Assembly (NCBI GenBank): GCA_030141605.1
Contig: JAQGDQ010000266.1
Coordinates: 1 to 64,000, forward strand
Source of the DNA: Tubiluchus corallicola
Lineage: Eukaryota; Animalia; Priapulida
DNA length: 64,000 bases
Direction of reading: 5' to 3'
The position numbers and the translations under genes are program-made. Positions within the stretch are counted from its first letter, which is position 1. Every line of letters begins with the position of its first letter. Under the pieces are notes generated by a model that had not been told where the DNA came from, ran no database searches, and saw only the letters and a list, made by a program, of their open reading frames with translations. Positions 24,514 through 37,825 of this stretch are shown one piece after another.

Positions 24514-26982
24514 CTATACAAGCACTTAACATTGTAAGGGTAGTCTCATGACTTATGACCTATGCAACTTATGACCGCTCGACCTTATAACCCAATCAAA
24601 AGCTAATTAATTAATTATACGAAACTAAGTACGGCTTTTATTTTTAAGCAAATTACTTTTAAATCGGTATCTATTTCGATAAATTCATCTGTAGGCGCAA
24701 CTATATTTCATGCAAGTATGCATAAAGTATCTTACATGAACATACAGGTCCAACTTACAACTGTGGTCATATGTCGGCGACTATCTACAGTGGCTCCTCT
24801 GTATTTTTGGGTTTGAAATCTAATAAAAATTGCACCAACATTTTCTGTTTGCCATTTTGTGCTTTTACACTATCATTTCCAGCTTTACAAGAAAATAACA
24901 TTGTGCATTATTTGGTTTTATTAGTAAGCCGTTCAGCTATTGTTTGAATGACCCCATTATATTTTGTGAGGAATAAAACGTGCCTGAGTCATTCATATAT
25001 ATTCATTCACCTAAGGCCGGTGTAATTGTTTACATCAGAGGAACGCTGTTTTTACCCGCTAGCCGTTAGATGGCGCAGCGTGCATGCGCTCGCACATTCT
25101 CCGGTTATAGTGTTATTTTCCGTGGCTTTGTCCACACGTCACGTGACGGATGTGGTTAAGACGCGTTGCTGTGGTTCACTTAACCGACATCAACTGAAAT
25201 GTGAATAGAGCGAAACTGTGAAAAGGTTTATTACTCAAGGATTCCTATATGCGTCATCGTAATAACAGCCCCAGCGAAAGATGAGAATAAAATTTTATGC
25301 ATGTACTAATAATTGTTGAAACTCAGAACTAGTAGAAACACAGATATGTATCATCAGTATGAATGGATTATCCCATTGTCTAGTATAGGCTACAGTCTAG
25401 GGCTCTCAAGCTTGGCGGAGGCGGGCCAACTTTTGAGAATCAGAATCAAAAGAATACATCAGAATCAGTTTGCATCAGAATAATTTTAATATTTGTCTTT
25501 AAAAGCAGAAAGTAAGATACTGTCAGTACATTTGCGACGAGCGAGGACATTCTAAAGAATAGAACCCAGGACCTCTGCCTATCAAAAGAAATGTAAACGT
25601 GCTGTAATTTGATGTGGTAACCATTCTTTTATTCATTCACCCTCCCCTCCCTTCCTTCTCCCTATCCCTAATCTTACTATTTTTTCCATTCCATCATTTC
25701 TTCTGACCCCAACGATTCTTTCATTCACTCATCCTCCCCCTTCCTTCTTCCTATCCCTAATCTTACTATTTCTTCCATTCCATCATGTCTACTAACCCTA
25801 ACCATTCTTTCGTTCTCTCATTTGTGCCACCCTAACAAGCCAAGCTTTCCAGGTATCATACAGCAACTCTTTTATTTGGTTAATTTGACTTCATGAACGT
25901 TTTTTTTATCCAATACTGTTTCTTTTTGTTTCAATAATATTGTATGTTGATGCATTGTATATGTATTGCTGGAGTGAAATAAATTGTTTGATTGATTGAT
26001 TGATTGATGTGCGTCTATCATTATGAAAGCGGCAAGCACTATGTGTTGCAATGTCCGTTGCACGCCTGGAGCCGAGGGGGGGGGGCGTTCGAGCAGCGAA
26101 GTTTATTTATCTTGTATGATTCAATTTTTTTCCTAATATTAATGGATCGAAACTAAAATCCACACTTTATTACACGGTATCTCACTATTCAATTTTGAAC
26201 AAAATAAAACTATTTTCGATTTAATGCAGGAATTCATAAGAGACAGTTTTTTTAGTTGCGATGTTTGTGTTAAACAGATGAAATCACTAGATGAAAACAT
26301 GGTTTAACTTTGCGATCTGTATTTTATTCAAAATCATAGTCTAATGGTCAATTCACTTCTACACGAAAATGGTAAACATAATCAACAGTAGTAAACAAAA
26401 GTTACAGTAAATACATCAGTCAATATAACATGGCACCTGAGTCAAAACGTTATAATAACCAAACCACTGTTTAAGCCTATTGCTTGTCCTCTAATCTTGC
26501 TACCAAGTGTGAAAAACTACTACATTCACAGAGAAAACCAGTTCCATACAAACATATAGCAGCAGCAAGTACACTTCAAGCCGATTCAGTAGACTTTGAT
26601 TTAACATTTTGCATTTGATGTGCTGCCATTACTAAAACATAGGTATCTATATCGAATCATTAATGTTTCAACTTTGTGTTAAAGTACTTATTAATTCCTA
26701 AGGTACGTTAATGAGTTTTGTTCTGTATACCAAAGATGACGGAAAATAAATAGGTTTATAAAAAAATATTTAAAAATGTAATTCTTAAATGTTATGATCA
26801 TTCTTAATACTAAATCAATTAATAAAAATTTCATAATTAACAGTTTTACTAGTAACAGTTTCAAATCTCATGTTTTGTGGCTAGTTGACAGTTTCTATTA
26901 TTAATTTTGTCAACTTTTACATTTGTTTGTACAATGAACAGCCCATTAGAACCTTATATTTCAGACTGTGTACTTTAAAAAC

Positions 26983-28092
26983 TTCTTCTTTTTCTTCTGT
27001 TACTCTAAACATCTATTGTACACATAAAGCTCACATGCTTTATTAGAGCACTCCACTGTTTCCTGACTGCAGATAAAATTTTTAACTCCTGCGATGCTAT
27101 TGTCAAGTTTGGATCCAGCTTTTGCAAATTCTTCATATGCAAGTTGTTTATGGTTTGCCTACATGTCGTTTAGTAGGTTTACTTACCATGCTAATCTTAC
27201 TAATGTTGTTTCTGACAATCTCATTAAATGTCCTACCCATCTTAATCTTCTGGCTCTGATTTTAGTGCTCCAATGTTCATCTTTGGTTCTGTTTAATGCT
27301 AATCTTACTAATGTTGTTTCTGACAATCTCATTAAATGTCCTACCCATCTTAATCTTCTGGCTCTGATTTTAGTGCTCCAATGTTCATCTTTGGTTCTGT
27401 TTAATGCTAATCTTACTGATGTTGTTTCTGACAATCTCATTAAATGTCCTACCCATCTTAATCTTCTGGCTCTGATTTTAGTGCTCCAATGTTCATCTTT
27501 GGTTCTGTTTAATGCTAATCTTACTAATGTTGTTTCTGACAATCTCATTAAATGTCCTACCCATCTTAATCTTCTGGCTCTGATTTTAGTGCTCCAATGT
27601 TCATCTTTGGTTCTGTTTAATGCTAATCTTACTAATGTTGTTTCTGACAATCTCATTAAATGTCCTACCCATCTTAATCTTCTGGCTCTGATTTTAGTGC
27701 TCCAATGTTCATCTTTGGTTCTGTTTAATGCTAATCTTACTAATGTTGTTTCTGACAATCTCATTAAATGTCCTACCCATCTTAATCTTCTGGCTCTGAT
27801 TTTAGTGCTCCAATGTTCATCTTTGGTTCTGTTTAATGCTAATCTTACTAATGTTGTTTCTGACAATCTCATTAAATGTCCTACCCATCTTAATCTTCTG
27901 GCTCTGATTTTTGTGCTCCAATGTTTAATGCTAATCTTACTAGTGTTGTTTCTGTCAATCTCATTAAATGTCCTACCCATCTTAATCTTTTGGCTCTGAT
28001 TTTTGTGCTCCACTGTTGATCTTTGGTTCTGTTTAATGCTAATCTTACTGATGTTGTTTCTGACAACCTCATTAAAAGTCCTACCCATCTTA
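26983..28092 (-). mobile_element. RTE-clade LINE 3' fragment whose 5' part is a 108-bp tandem array (~8.5 copies)
   Basis: The unit encodes WSTKIRARRLRWVGHLMRLSETTLVRLAL (RTE C-terminal RLRW.GH..R motif), followed by a GKP.TT remnant and a (GAA)n tail at ~26983-26998. Units start at 27188 with period 108. Confidence 0.9.
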
Positions 28093-29711
28093 TTATTTAT
28101 TACTCAAGAACATCTTTTATTACATCTTTTATTACTCTAAAAATTAAATAAAGTTAAACTTGACTGCATCATTAATTCATCAAATCGCTTATGAATTTTT
28201 GCCCGTTTGTCTATATTTAGCTGTTTGAAAAGTCGTATATTATTAGTGCCTATTTGTTTTACAGTTTATAGTCTCACGACACTACACTACACTACAAAGT
28301 TTAATTAGAAAATTCTAAATTTTGGGCGCCACAATACTTTAGCTACGTCATATAAAAACTCACCGTGTAAATGATCTATGCATTTAGAATGGGCCTTGCG
28401 AATTGTGAACACATGATGACTTGCACGTGGGACAGAGATTTAGGCGGGCCAAAACGAAGAGGCTCTTGCCTCACTGGCTGTTACATGAGGAGGACACGTC
28501 TGCGGAACACGTGCTCTTAGACACGGTATATTAAACTCCGTGGCTTCGTCTTGAAACTACTCTGTTGTGAGAAATAATAGTGACAGTAAGCACGCTGAAT
28601 GATACATGATATGTATACGTCGGTAATTGTTTAGTGTAATTAATGCAGTGTAATTACCATTTGACCAGTGAGCATCCGAGGATAAGCATTGTTTTCGTAA
28701 ATATTGTGGGTTAAATTGAACTAACAACAACAGTTATTGTGTCAAATAATTGTACTATTGGTTTCAATTCTTTTTCATCGATTATTAGAGAAATTGTGCA
28801 CAAATTCTTACAAAGTGTTACGAACATTGTGGTAGAAAAACTTATTATAATTATGCATTATCATTATATTAAATACGAAGAGTCCTAATTGGAGATATTA
28901 ATTTTGACATTGATGAGAGATCTCTCTGTGTTATGCCCTGACTACTGTTATACTTTATACAACGTATCAGGAATTTCAAGAACTATCGCGTTCTTAAAAG
29001 TCTCTTTTTCTGTTGGGAAAAAGAGCAAATTTGTTCTGAAAAAAACACGAGGCGGCGCAACTAATTAACAATAATGACGGCAAGAGATTCGGAACATTTC
29101 ATCAAAAGATTCGAAGAGAAATTTTACTCGCCTAGTTTGATGGGGTTAAAACCACCCCTTACAGATCACAACAGGAACTACCCCAGCTTGACTGTGGGTG
29201 GTGGCAATGCTGGGGGAGGAGGCTGAGGGGGCGGATACGTGCCCCGGGGCGATCTTGGAGGAGGAGCACGAGAGAGCCTCTCCGGGCATGGAATTGATGA
29301 TATTATAGGTACCCCAAATGCCCTGAAAATTCAAAGAGGTAAAATTATAAAGGTCTTGATTTGTAAAATGCCTGCAAATATTTGTCTTCAGACGTTAAAA
29401 TGGTGCATGTTTAATTGACTGTATTAGACATTAATGACAATGACATTAATTGAATTAACATTTTATTTCTGATTGATAGACGAATAAAACTGACAATAAA
29501 TTAAAAGCAAATACTAAACTTAATATGTAATATATGTAATAATATGTAATATATAATAAGATCTAATTCTTAACTAGCAGGGAGAAAAAGTTATTTAGTA
29601 ACTATGAACTTATAGCGAATTCGTCTTAGTTAAACGTCAAACAAAATTGTTCATACTTGAAATTGTAGCTTTATGAATTTGAAACCATATTTTTTGCTTT
29701 ATATTTTTATT

Positions 29712-29817
29712 ATTCATTCATTCATTCATTCATTTTATTTATTCATTTTCACTCACTTATTCATTCATTCATTCATTCATTCATTCATTCATTCATTCAT
29801 TCATTCATTCATTCATT
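29712..29817. repeat. (ATTC)n microsatellite
   Basis: Directly visible; it abuts the LTR. Confidence 0.95.
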
Positions 29818-29823
29818 AATATA

Positions 29824-30039
29824 TGTTTTGAAGTAATCACAAAAGTTTTATTTTAAATTCAAATATTACCGAAAATCAAAAACGTGGCTCTCTTCGTTGA
29901 CTAAAACGCTGACTAAAAAACGTGCTCAATTCTGATTGGCTGACCTACTAAATGCATATAACGAAGCCAAGTTTTACAGGCAATTCTAAATAAGTGCAAC
30001 TTTACATTAAAGGGCAAGCAGAGAAAAATCTTCCGAACA
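29824..30039 (-). repeat. 3' LTR (216 bp, TG...CA) preceded by the polypurine tract GAGGGGGGAAA
   Basis: TG at 29824 and CA at 30038-30039; minus-strand CCAAT, TATA-like and AATAAA motifs; homologous to 37604-37825. Confidence 0.88.
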
Positions 30040-30232
30040 TTTCCCCCCTCTTGATAAGTTTTAACAAAACATATCAACAAAAGTTATTCTAACATTCGGT
30101 AATTAAAATTTTCCATTCTGTGCTACATGACGTTTACGTTTAACTACAAAAAACAAAATTCTTGCAAACTTTAGCAAGTAGTACGAAAACGAATAATCGC
30201 AAAATCATAGTAATAATTTTCAGTGGTCCAGA

Positions 30233-33200
30233 TCATCTGCAGTGTTTGTAGAAACTTCGCTTTTGATTGTCGGGTTTCTCTTCCTCAATGAACTCCAGTG
30301 GACAAAGTTTGGTGATTGGTCGTGTAAGTTCACTATTGCCAATCTTCAGTTTTGCAACTCGAGTGTGCCCGTCGCTACCAGGGTAGACTTCTAGTGTGCG
30401 TCCCATAGGCCACTGTCCTCTAGGTGTATTTGGAGATATCACAAGTACGATGTCGTTTACTTGAATGTCTCTCTGCACACGATTCCATTTACTGCGTCTG
30501 TTGAGTCCTGGAAGCCACTCTCGCATCCATATTTTCCAAAAGTGACGTGTTAATTCTTGGACACGCCTCCAACGCTTTCTAGGATTAAAGTCTGTGTTAT
30601 CCACTTGTTCGGGCGCGAATTGTCCTCCAACTTGCCCAAATAAAAAATGGTTTGGCGTCAAGGGAATGTCATCTTTCTCATCTGCTGTTTGGTACGTCAA
30701 TGGTCTCGAATTTAATAGTGCTTCTGCTCCGGTAAATGCTGTCATGATTTCTTCATCCGTGACGTCAGCGTTTCCGAGAATAGCGAATATGGCTCGTTTT
30801 GCCGTTTTTACCATTATTTCATAGGCTCCTCCAAAATGTGGTGCTAATGGTGGGTTAAAATGCCACTTGATACCTTGGTTTGCATATGTCCGTTGAATCT
30901 TCTCTTCATCTAATTTCGCTAATAGACTTTGTAGTTCATTGTTCGCTCCTACGAAGTTTAAACCGTTGTCAGAAAGCATCTCAGTTGGCAAACCTCTGCG
31001 ATTGACCATGCGATAAAAGGCGTTTAAGTACGAATCAGTGTCAAGGCCAAAGGCTATCTCTAAATGCACTGCCCGCGATGTCATACAAGTGAAGAGGCAA
31101 AGATAGCGTTTCTGTCGACGTTTTCCTCTTCCTTGAACTGTAATAAAAGGTCCAGCAAAATCTACCGCTGTCCTAGCAAAAGCTCGTAAAGGCAGTTTCA
31201 CTCTGATCTCTGGAATTGGTGCCATCACTTGCGTTGCAGTTTGAGCTTTCTGCTTACGATACTTTGCACATTCTTTCTCAAATTTTCTGATTTCTTCCCT
31301 GCCAGAGATTATCCAATATCGAGCTGACAGTGAAGCAAGAGTCTGATTCACCCCTATTGCATGATGAGCTTTTTCATGATGATGTCCAATTATCAACTTG
31401 GTCACCCAGTTATTCTTAGGCAGAATGATCGGATGGCGTGCATCGTACGATAAGTATTCTGCGTGAATGAGACGTCCTTCGCTGCGAATAACTCCATCCT
31501 CGTCTAATCTAGGTTGCAGCTTTAATAAATTGCTATTCTTCGGCAACTGTTGGTTATTCTGGAGTAATTTGTATTCCAGTGAAAAGGCTTCACGTTGCAT
31601 GTTTCATACAATGCTTATCTCAACGTCTTGCAATTCGTCTGACTCTAATTCTCCAAACTTCTTGTGCAGTTTTGAATCACGACAGTTTTCTAGAAAACGA
31701 TGTACCCATGCTTGTACTCGAATCAGTCGTAACCAACTGGAAAACCGCTCAGGTTTTAGATGCCAATTGTCATCCTGGTTTTGTATTGGTCCAGTAATGT
31801 AAGTTTCAGCAGTTTCACGATTAGATACATGTCTAATTTTTGTTGGCTTTCTAAGTTCTGCGTCATCCATTTGCTGAAATTCTATAATTTTAGATGGCCA
31901 TTCTTGCTCGTTCTTGTGAAGAAATTTCGGTCCTCTCCACTATTTTTCATCATTAATAAGTTGATTTGCAGTTTTCCCTCTAGTCACAGCATCAGCAGCA
32001 TTCTCTTTTGATGTGACATGCCGCCATTGATGTGGAAATGTTTGACTCTGAATTTCGCCTATACGATTAGCGATGAACGGTTTCAGTGTGCGACTTCTAC
32101 TCCTTGTCCACCATAAAACGTTCATACTATCACACCAAAAAATTGCATTTTTTAGTTCCATGTTTCGTGCACCAGCTATGTGGTCCGTAAGCCTTAGCCC
32201 CAGTATTGCAGCCATCATTTCTAGTCGTGGAATACTAATTGCAATCAGAGGGGCTACACGAGACATTGATGCGATGAGTCGACACGATATAATTCCATCA
32301 GGATAGGTACAACGTAGATAGCTAACTGCTGCATAGGCTTCTTGCGATGCATCTACGAATGTGTGCAGTGTGCATGAATCTGTACCCCCCTCCGTGACCA
32401 AACATCTCGGAATATGAATTTCTGGCATCTCGGTCAATTCTGTAAACCACATTTTGGCTTTCCATTGCAAGTTTTCGTCAAGCTCGTCGTCCCATCCTAA
32501 ACCGGCTGTCCACATTTCCTGCATGATAATTTTGCCTCGAATGAGAAATGCTGCCAGAAATCCCAATGGATCAAATATTGTAGCAATCTTCCTCAGTATA
32601 TTACGCTTGGTAAATACGAAATTGTCGATGTCTATGGATTTTGGTTTGAAGGTGAAAACATCTTCCTTTGCCAGCCACAGTACTCCAAGTGTTTTTATAC
32701 TCGGAAGAAGTCCTTCGTCTAAGTTAATTTCTGATGCTCTCTCCTCTTGTGGTATCTCGGCTAGCACTACAGGTGAATTTGATAACCATTTACGAGCTCG
32801 CATGCCAGCCTTTTCCCAAAGACTGGACAACTGAGTGTAGAGCTCTATGCCTTGTTCATCGTCGATGGCTGAATCCATGCTATCGTCCATATACGTCGAG
32901 TAGAGTACGGTTTCTGTAGCCATTGGATACTGCAATTGAAATTTTTCTGCATGCTTCCGCGTCACAAATTGTGCAAGAAATGGTGATGCATTTACCCCAA
33001 AAACGACCCTTTCGAATTCATATTGGTCAGGCTGTCTGTTTTCGAAATTCCTCCAGAGAAATCTATGGTAAACCCTGTCCTCAGGAACAATTTTAATCAT
33101 CAAGTACATCTCTGCAATATCCGATACCAATGCTACAGGATTTTTACGAAAACGAAGCAAGACATCGAATAAGTCTCTCTGCAGCTTTGGTCCGGGACTA

Positions 33201-34180
33201 ATGACATCATTCAGCGAGACTCCATCGCATTCTTCTGACGAATCAAACACCATGCGTACTTTTGTTGTCTCTCTATCTGGTCTGATTATTGGAAAATGGG
33301 GTAAAAACCATCGTCCGCATTGCTGATCTTCTAATGATGTCACTTGACGTATGTAGCCTTTCTTCACATACTGCTGAATATTATCTTCGTATATTTTTGC
33401 CACTTCTGGATTTTTTAGTAGACGTTTTTCGGTGCTCTGTAGTCTTTTCAGTGCCTTTTCGTAGCTCAATTTCGCACAAGGCAGCTCAACTGAATTATCT
33501 TTCCATGGTATGCAAACCTCATAATGTCCATCCGTCATTTTCATGGATTTTTCTACTTCAGCTAAAGCGTTCTCTGCATTAATATCCAGAATGCGGCAAC
33601 TTGCTATCGTGCCAGCTGAATCTATCTGCCAAAATTGTTGCAGCATCTCATCAAGCCGAATTTCACTAGCTTCAGCCGAAAAATACGTGTGAACGAAATT
33701 GGTGCGAACACGATAACTGTCGCAATCATTTGGTTGTCCTATACATGTCCATCCGAGTGGAGTTAATCTAGCTATTGGCTCCCCTGGCTTTCCACGAACA
33801 TCTCTGTACGAATAATGTAAATCGGTGTAATCGCTGCCAATCAACATGTCTACGATGAGGCGACGTCCTAGTTTTGGAAATTCAATAGCTTTCAAATGGT
33901 CCCACTTGTGACTGCATTCATTCCAGTTTATTACATTCAAATTTCCGGTAACTCTTTCAGCCGTTAATGCGCTGAATTTCATGTCCAGCTGGCCGTTAAC
34001 ACTCTGTAGATTAAATGTTACAGGTCTTGTTTCGAAAACTTTTGTTTGCCCATTTAAAACGTTGACGTTAATCTGCTGAGTCTCACCCTCAAGTCCTAAC
34101 TCTGCTGCTACATCCGAGTTGATGCGATCTTGTGCTGGCATCATCTAATAATGCGTTGATTGTCAATTTACGATTTCCAT
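30233..34180 (-). pseudogene. pol: BEL/Pao pol (protease, RT, RNase H, integrase) with a frameshift and two premature stops
   Basis: ALLDDAS (PR), YMDD (RT), HTFVDASQEAYAA and IPRLEMMAA (Pao RNase H), VDFAGP/SDNGLNF/PHFGGAYE (IN). ORFs 31940..34144, 31604..31870 and 30233..31600 share one frame and are separated by stops. Confidence 0.95.
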
Positions 34181-35920
34181 TTTTCACGATTATTGGTATA
34201 GTTCGCAACATAATTTTTTCAACTATCTTGGGATTGCCGGATGTCATTGTCACAGCCGAATTTTGTTTGTCAGGTGGTATGGTCGATGTGCTACTGCGAT
34301 GCGATGAACCATCTTCAGCTGCAGGTTTGATTGATGACGGTGTAGAACCAACAGCATTGTTGTAGTTCTTGTTGGTCGCGGCTAAATGCGAATTATTTTC
34401 TCTAACTTCTTTTGACGAATTTAGAAATCTGTTGTGATTGTATTTGCAGCTGTCTATGCCACAAACTCTGCTACGTGGACAGGTTTGACCTTGGTGAACT
34501 GACCCCAGACAGCGATAGCATAAGTTCAACCGTTTTGCAGAGTCCCATCTTTGTGGAATGCTCATCTTGCGAAACTCATCACACCTCCAAACACCGTGAG
34601 GCCCATTGCAAACTTTGCATAATCTTTGTGATTGACTACTTCTGGAAACTGCAGCTTCTTGGTTGTCTGTTGTCCCAAAGTACGATCTCGGTTTTGGTTT
34701 TGTGTCCAAATTGCTGGAGCCTATACCATAAACTGTCTCGTGTGCTATTGTGTAAAACTCTGCCTCGCGAATTATCCATTCTCTTAGCGAAATAACATTT
34801 TCTGCCCGACGTTTCTCGAATAGCCAACGCTGGAATTGAGCCAGCATGCTTTCTGGCACTTTCTTCTTTATTTTGCGTAAAGTGATCCATTACCTAATTC
34901 TTCGTGTCGACCAGCCTCTTGTAAATTTTCCACGGTCAAGTCCAATAAATCTGCGAATTTTTCTATTTCTTTAGCGTGCTCAGTTCGAATTGGTCTAAAT
35001 CTTTCCAGCTCTTCTAATTGCAGCACCACCTGTCGCCGACGACCGCCATATTTTCTATCTAATCTGTCTTTAGCATCTTCATACGCAACTGCCGAATGTC
35101 CCAAATTCTCAATGACCTTCAACGCCTCACCGGATAAATACTGTCTAAGTTGCAAAAGTTTATACTCTGCTGTCGCTGGCGCTGAATCTATACAAGCACA
35201 AAACGCTGCTTTCCAATTTTCGTAGCTCTTTTTGTCTCCATTAAAAACCGGGATGGAAGCTCTCTTTAATTGCCTCCACATATCAACACGCGCTGCACTG
35301 TTGTTGCTGAGTTGTACCGATCAGCTGGTTGATGGCGGGTCCATGATGTGTTGCTAAATTCTTGCTGCTCAGAATCGAAGTGAGCTTCCTCGTATAGTTC
35401 AGCTTTCACGTTATAATGTTCAGTAGCAGACGTTGTAGGGATATCACTCCCGAGAGGTTTTGCAGGTGGTGTAGCCCATGGTGAATGCATGTTGTCAGAT
35501 TCGATGTTTGCTGACGCCCTTGCTGTAGCAGTAGATCCGCCTCCATGTCCCAGTTTTAAGGTTTGCAGGTAGACCTGTGCTTTACTGTCGCGTACTCGTC
35601 AGACAACCTCTCCAATCCGTCAATGACCTCGTCTATGCATTCTTCTATTTTTTGACCCCCTGTCTCATCTGCCAGGTAATTTTCCAGTAAATTCTCCACT
35701 ACCGACATTGCTCTACTTTGCGCCTCGTCTATCTTATCAAATAAATCTAAAATGTTCTGACGTGTTTCCCATTCGTCCTGGTGAACATCTTGACTGAATA
35801 ATTGCAGTAGTTTATTCTTTAACTTTGTAAGTGCAGATTTAGCGCTAGCTTTCTCTGCTTTTAACTCCTGCCGACTAGTGTTGATAATTTTAGCGCTACA
35901 TTCCAGCCGATTGTTGCTGC
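34181..35920 (-). pseudogene. gag: BEL/Pao gag, frameshifted
   Basis: LKAEKASAKSALTKLKN N-terminus, IPVFNGDKKSYENWKAAF (DUF1759-like), zinc knuckles CKVCNGPHGVWRC, CYRCLGSVHQGQTC and CGIDSCKYNH. Confidence 0.9.
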
Positions 35921-36054
35921 TGACTGATGACTATGGCGACACGATGAAGTCAAATGAAACCCCGACGCTTGTAGTACGACTATAGGCTCCTCCTTAATGA
36001 TCCTGGACTCAAGTACCAGTTATCACTTTCTTATCTCAGTCACTGCTCACCAGT

Positions 36055-37553
36055 TGTTATTAAACCTGGTCACTCTTTACTATGCAATATTAATCTCCCT
36101 AATTAATATTGATTCTAATCTGTTGCATGTGATCGTATAAAAACGTGACTTAAGACTGAAGGAGTGATTTGCATCTATTACATTAATTGCTATAAGGTTA
36201 TTCACAACCTGGCTCCTAGAGCTTAAGATAAAATCTATAGAGCAATGATATCTTCTCACAAGATTGTTTCTACGACTCTGCGCTGTGAAAGAGTCTTAAT
36301 CTCCAAAGCTATCTAGCAAAAGTTCCCGCAATTGAACTCGTAGAATACTTAATGTACACAGCAAATCCTTAGACTCGTTTACAGAATTCAATGTTGCTTA
36401 ACTGAGACACCTCTAAGCATACTCGAACTAATCATTTATGATTCAACGAAATCCGTTTATTGTTTACAACAATTACTCTTAGTTTGCTGAATTACAATAT
36501 ATGTACTTAATCGCCAAAGACGCTCACAATTTATAATTAGCTCCCAGAGATACTAAACAGTTTTCCTTAACTATTTCTTCACTTCGCACTTAAGGTGCTA
36601 ATTTACAATGTGAAACATATAATTACAATCGACTACACGTCACACTTAAGGTGTCTATTATTGTGATGAAGCTACTATGCAGAGTTGCTCTCAAGTTACG
36701 ATAGGTTAAGTTCACTTAACTTGGTGGAATGACCAATAACACCCGTTCAATTGGTCAATTCTGTTGCAAGACTCTATTCGCAGATCCAGTGCTCAATTCT
36801 TTGAGGACGCAGATAGTTGTCTACGCTGGGTCTAGCGGTCTTTGCTTCTCTCAGAGTTCCTGTAGTCTCTCCAGACTTGATCTCCTCTCTCCCTGCCTCA
36901 CGACTCACCGTCGATACACGATTCACCTCCCGACGCCTAACGATACCTGTCGATTCACGACTAACGACGATTAACCACGAGCCCTTGCCAAACACCATCT
37001 TATATACTCCAGTGGAGTCTTCATAGCTTTGCGCGCGAACGCGCGAGATGTCACCATAGCTCAAAGGTTCTGTTGTGGCTTGGTTGTTTATGACCATCCA
37101 GATGTTCAGGTCGCGTAGCCTCTCACCTGAGAGACTCCGCTTCGTCCTTTGCTTCTCGCGTCGCTTGGGTCATAAACTTCTGTTCAAGAAATGAGCTTCT
37201 TCCTGCTCCTTCCCAATTATAGTCCAGCAACTCGCATAACATTACAGGAGGTATATACTCTTAACCACTCCATGTTATAAAAATTCAGCTTCGCTTCTCC
37301 TAAATTCAAACACCTGTGACAAACTTTTCCTCTCTAAATGAACACCTGTTCTATTACTTGTAAACACAAGTCTTGTGACAATAATTTCTTTCCTTACATT
37401 AAATATATGCTTTATCAGCTAAGTGAGTTCCCATATTCTTCTAATAAATTTATATAATCCAATTTGGAGGTCTCTTTATCAACATAATCTAATGAAGTTG
37501 ATAACTCCATTAATTAATCACTTAATTCATGATTCCGAAATTTATTCATAACA
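36055..37553 (-). mobile_element. Putative second, 1.5-kb LTR inside the BEL element
   Basis: TGTTAT...ATAACA termini; minus-strand TATATAAG (~37000) and AATAAA (~36456); followed after 2 nt by the PBS-like TGGTGAGCAG (36043-36052). Confidence 0.6.
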
Positions 37554-37590
37554 CGACGAATACGATAACGATATTTACTGCATAACTACT

Positions 37591-37601
37591 CTCTGCTACC
37601 A
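37591..37601 (-). promoter_or_regulatory. Primer-binding site complementary to the 3' end of initiator tRNA-Met
   Basis: TGGTAGCAGAG on the minus strand, 2 nt from the LTR end. Confidence 0.85.
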
Positions 37602-37603
37602 GT

Positions 37604-37825
37604 TATTTTGAAGTAATCACAAATATTTTATTTTAAATTCAGTATTACAGAAAAAGTAAAAAACGTTGCGATTTCTTCGCTTCCAAATGAGTAGACTAAA
37701 AACGTGCTCAATTCTGATTGGCTGACCTACTAAATGCATATAACGAAGCCAAGCTTTACAGGCAATTCTAAATTAGATTACCCTTAGATTAAAGGGCAAA
37801 TAGAGAGAAATTGCATAATATAACA
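37604..37825 (-). repeat. 5' LTR (222 bp)
   Basis: Colinear with 29824-30039; the central ~80 bp are nearly identical; the terminal TG is mutated to TA. Confidence 0.85.

Larger units (their letters stand above)
29824..37825 (-). mobile_element. BEL/Pao LTR retrotransposon, near full length, disabled
   Basis: Related LTRs at 29824-30039 and 37604-37825; PPT at 30040-30050; PBS at 37591-37601; gag-PR-RT-RH-IN domain order. Confidence 0.96.

Noticed and set aside
27094-27999. 301-aa plus-strand repeat protein with hydrophobic repeats
   Set aside because: It is the antisense of the RTE-derived array and is open only because the unit is 36 stop-free codons.
30594-34890. Short ORFs overlapping gag-pol
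   Set aside because: They are shadow ORFs of the retrotransposon coding region.
36729-37097. ORFs upstream of gag as a possible extra gene or env
   Set aside because: They are short, have no motifs, and overlap the TATA/R region of the putative long LTR.
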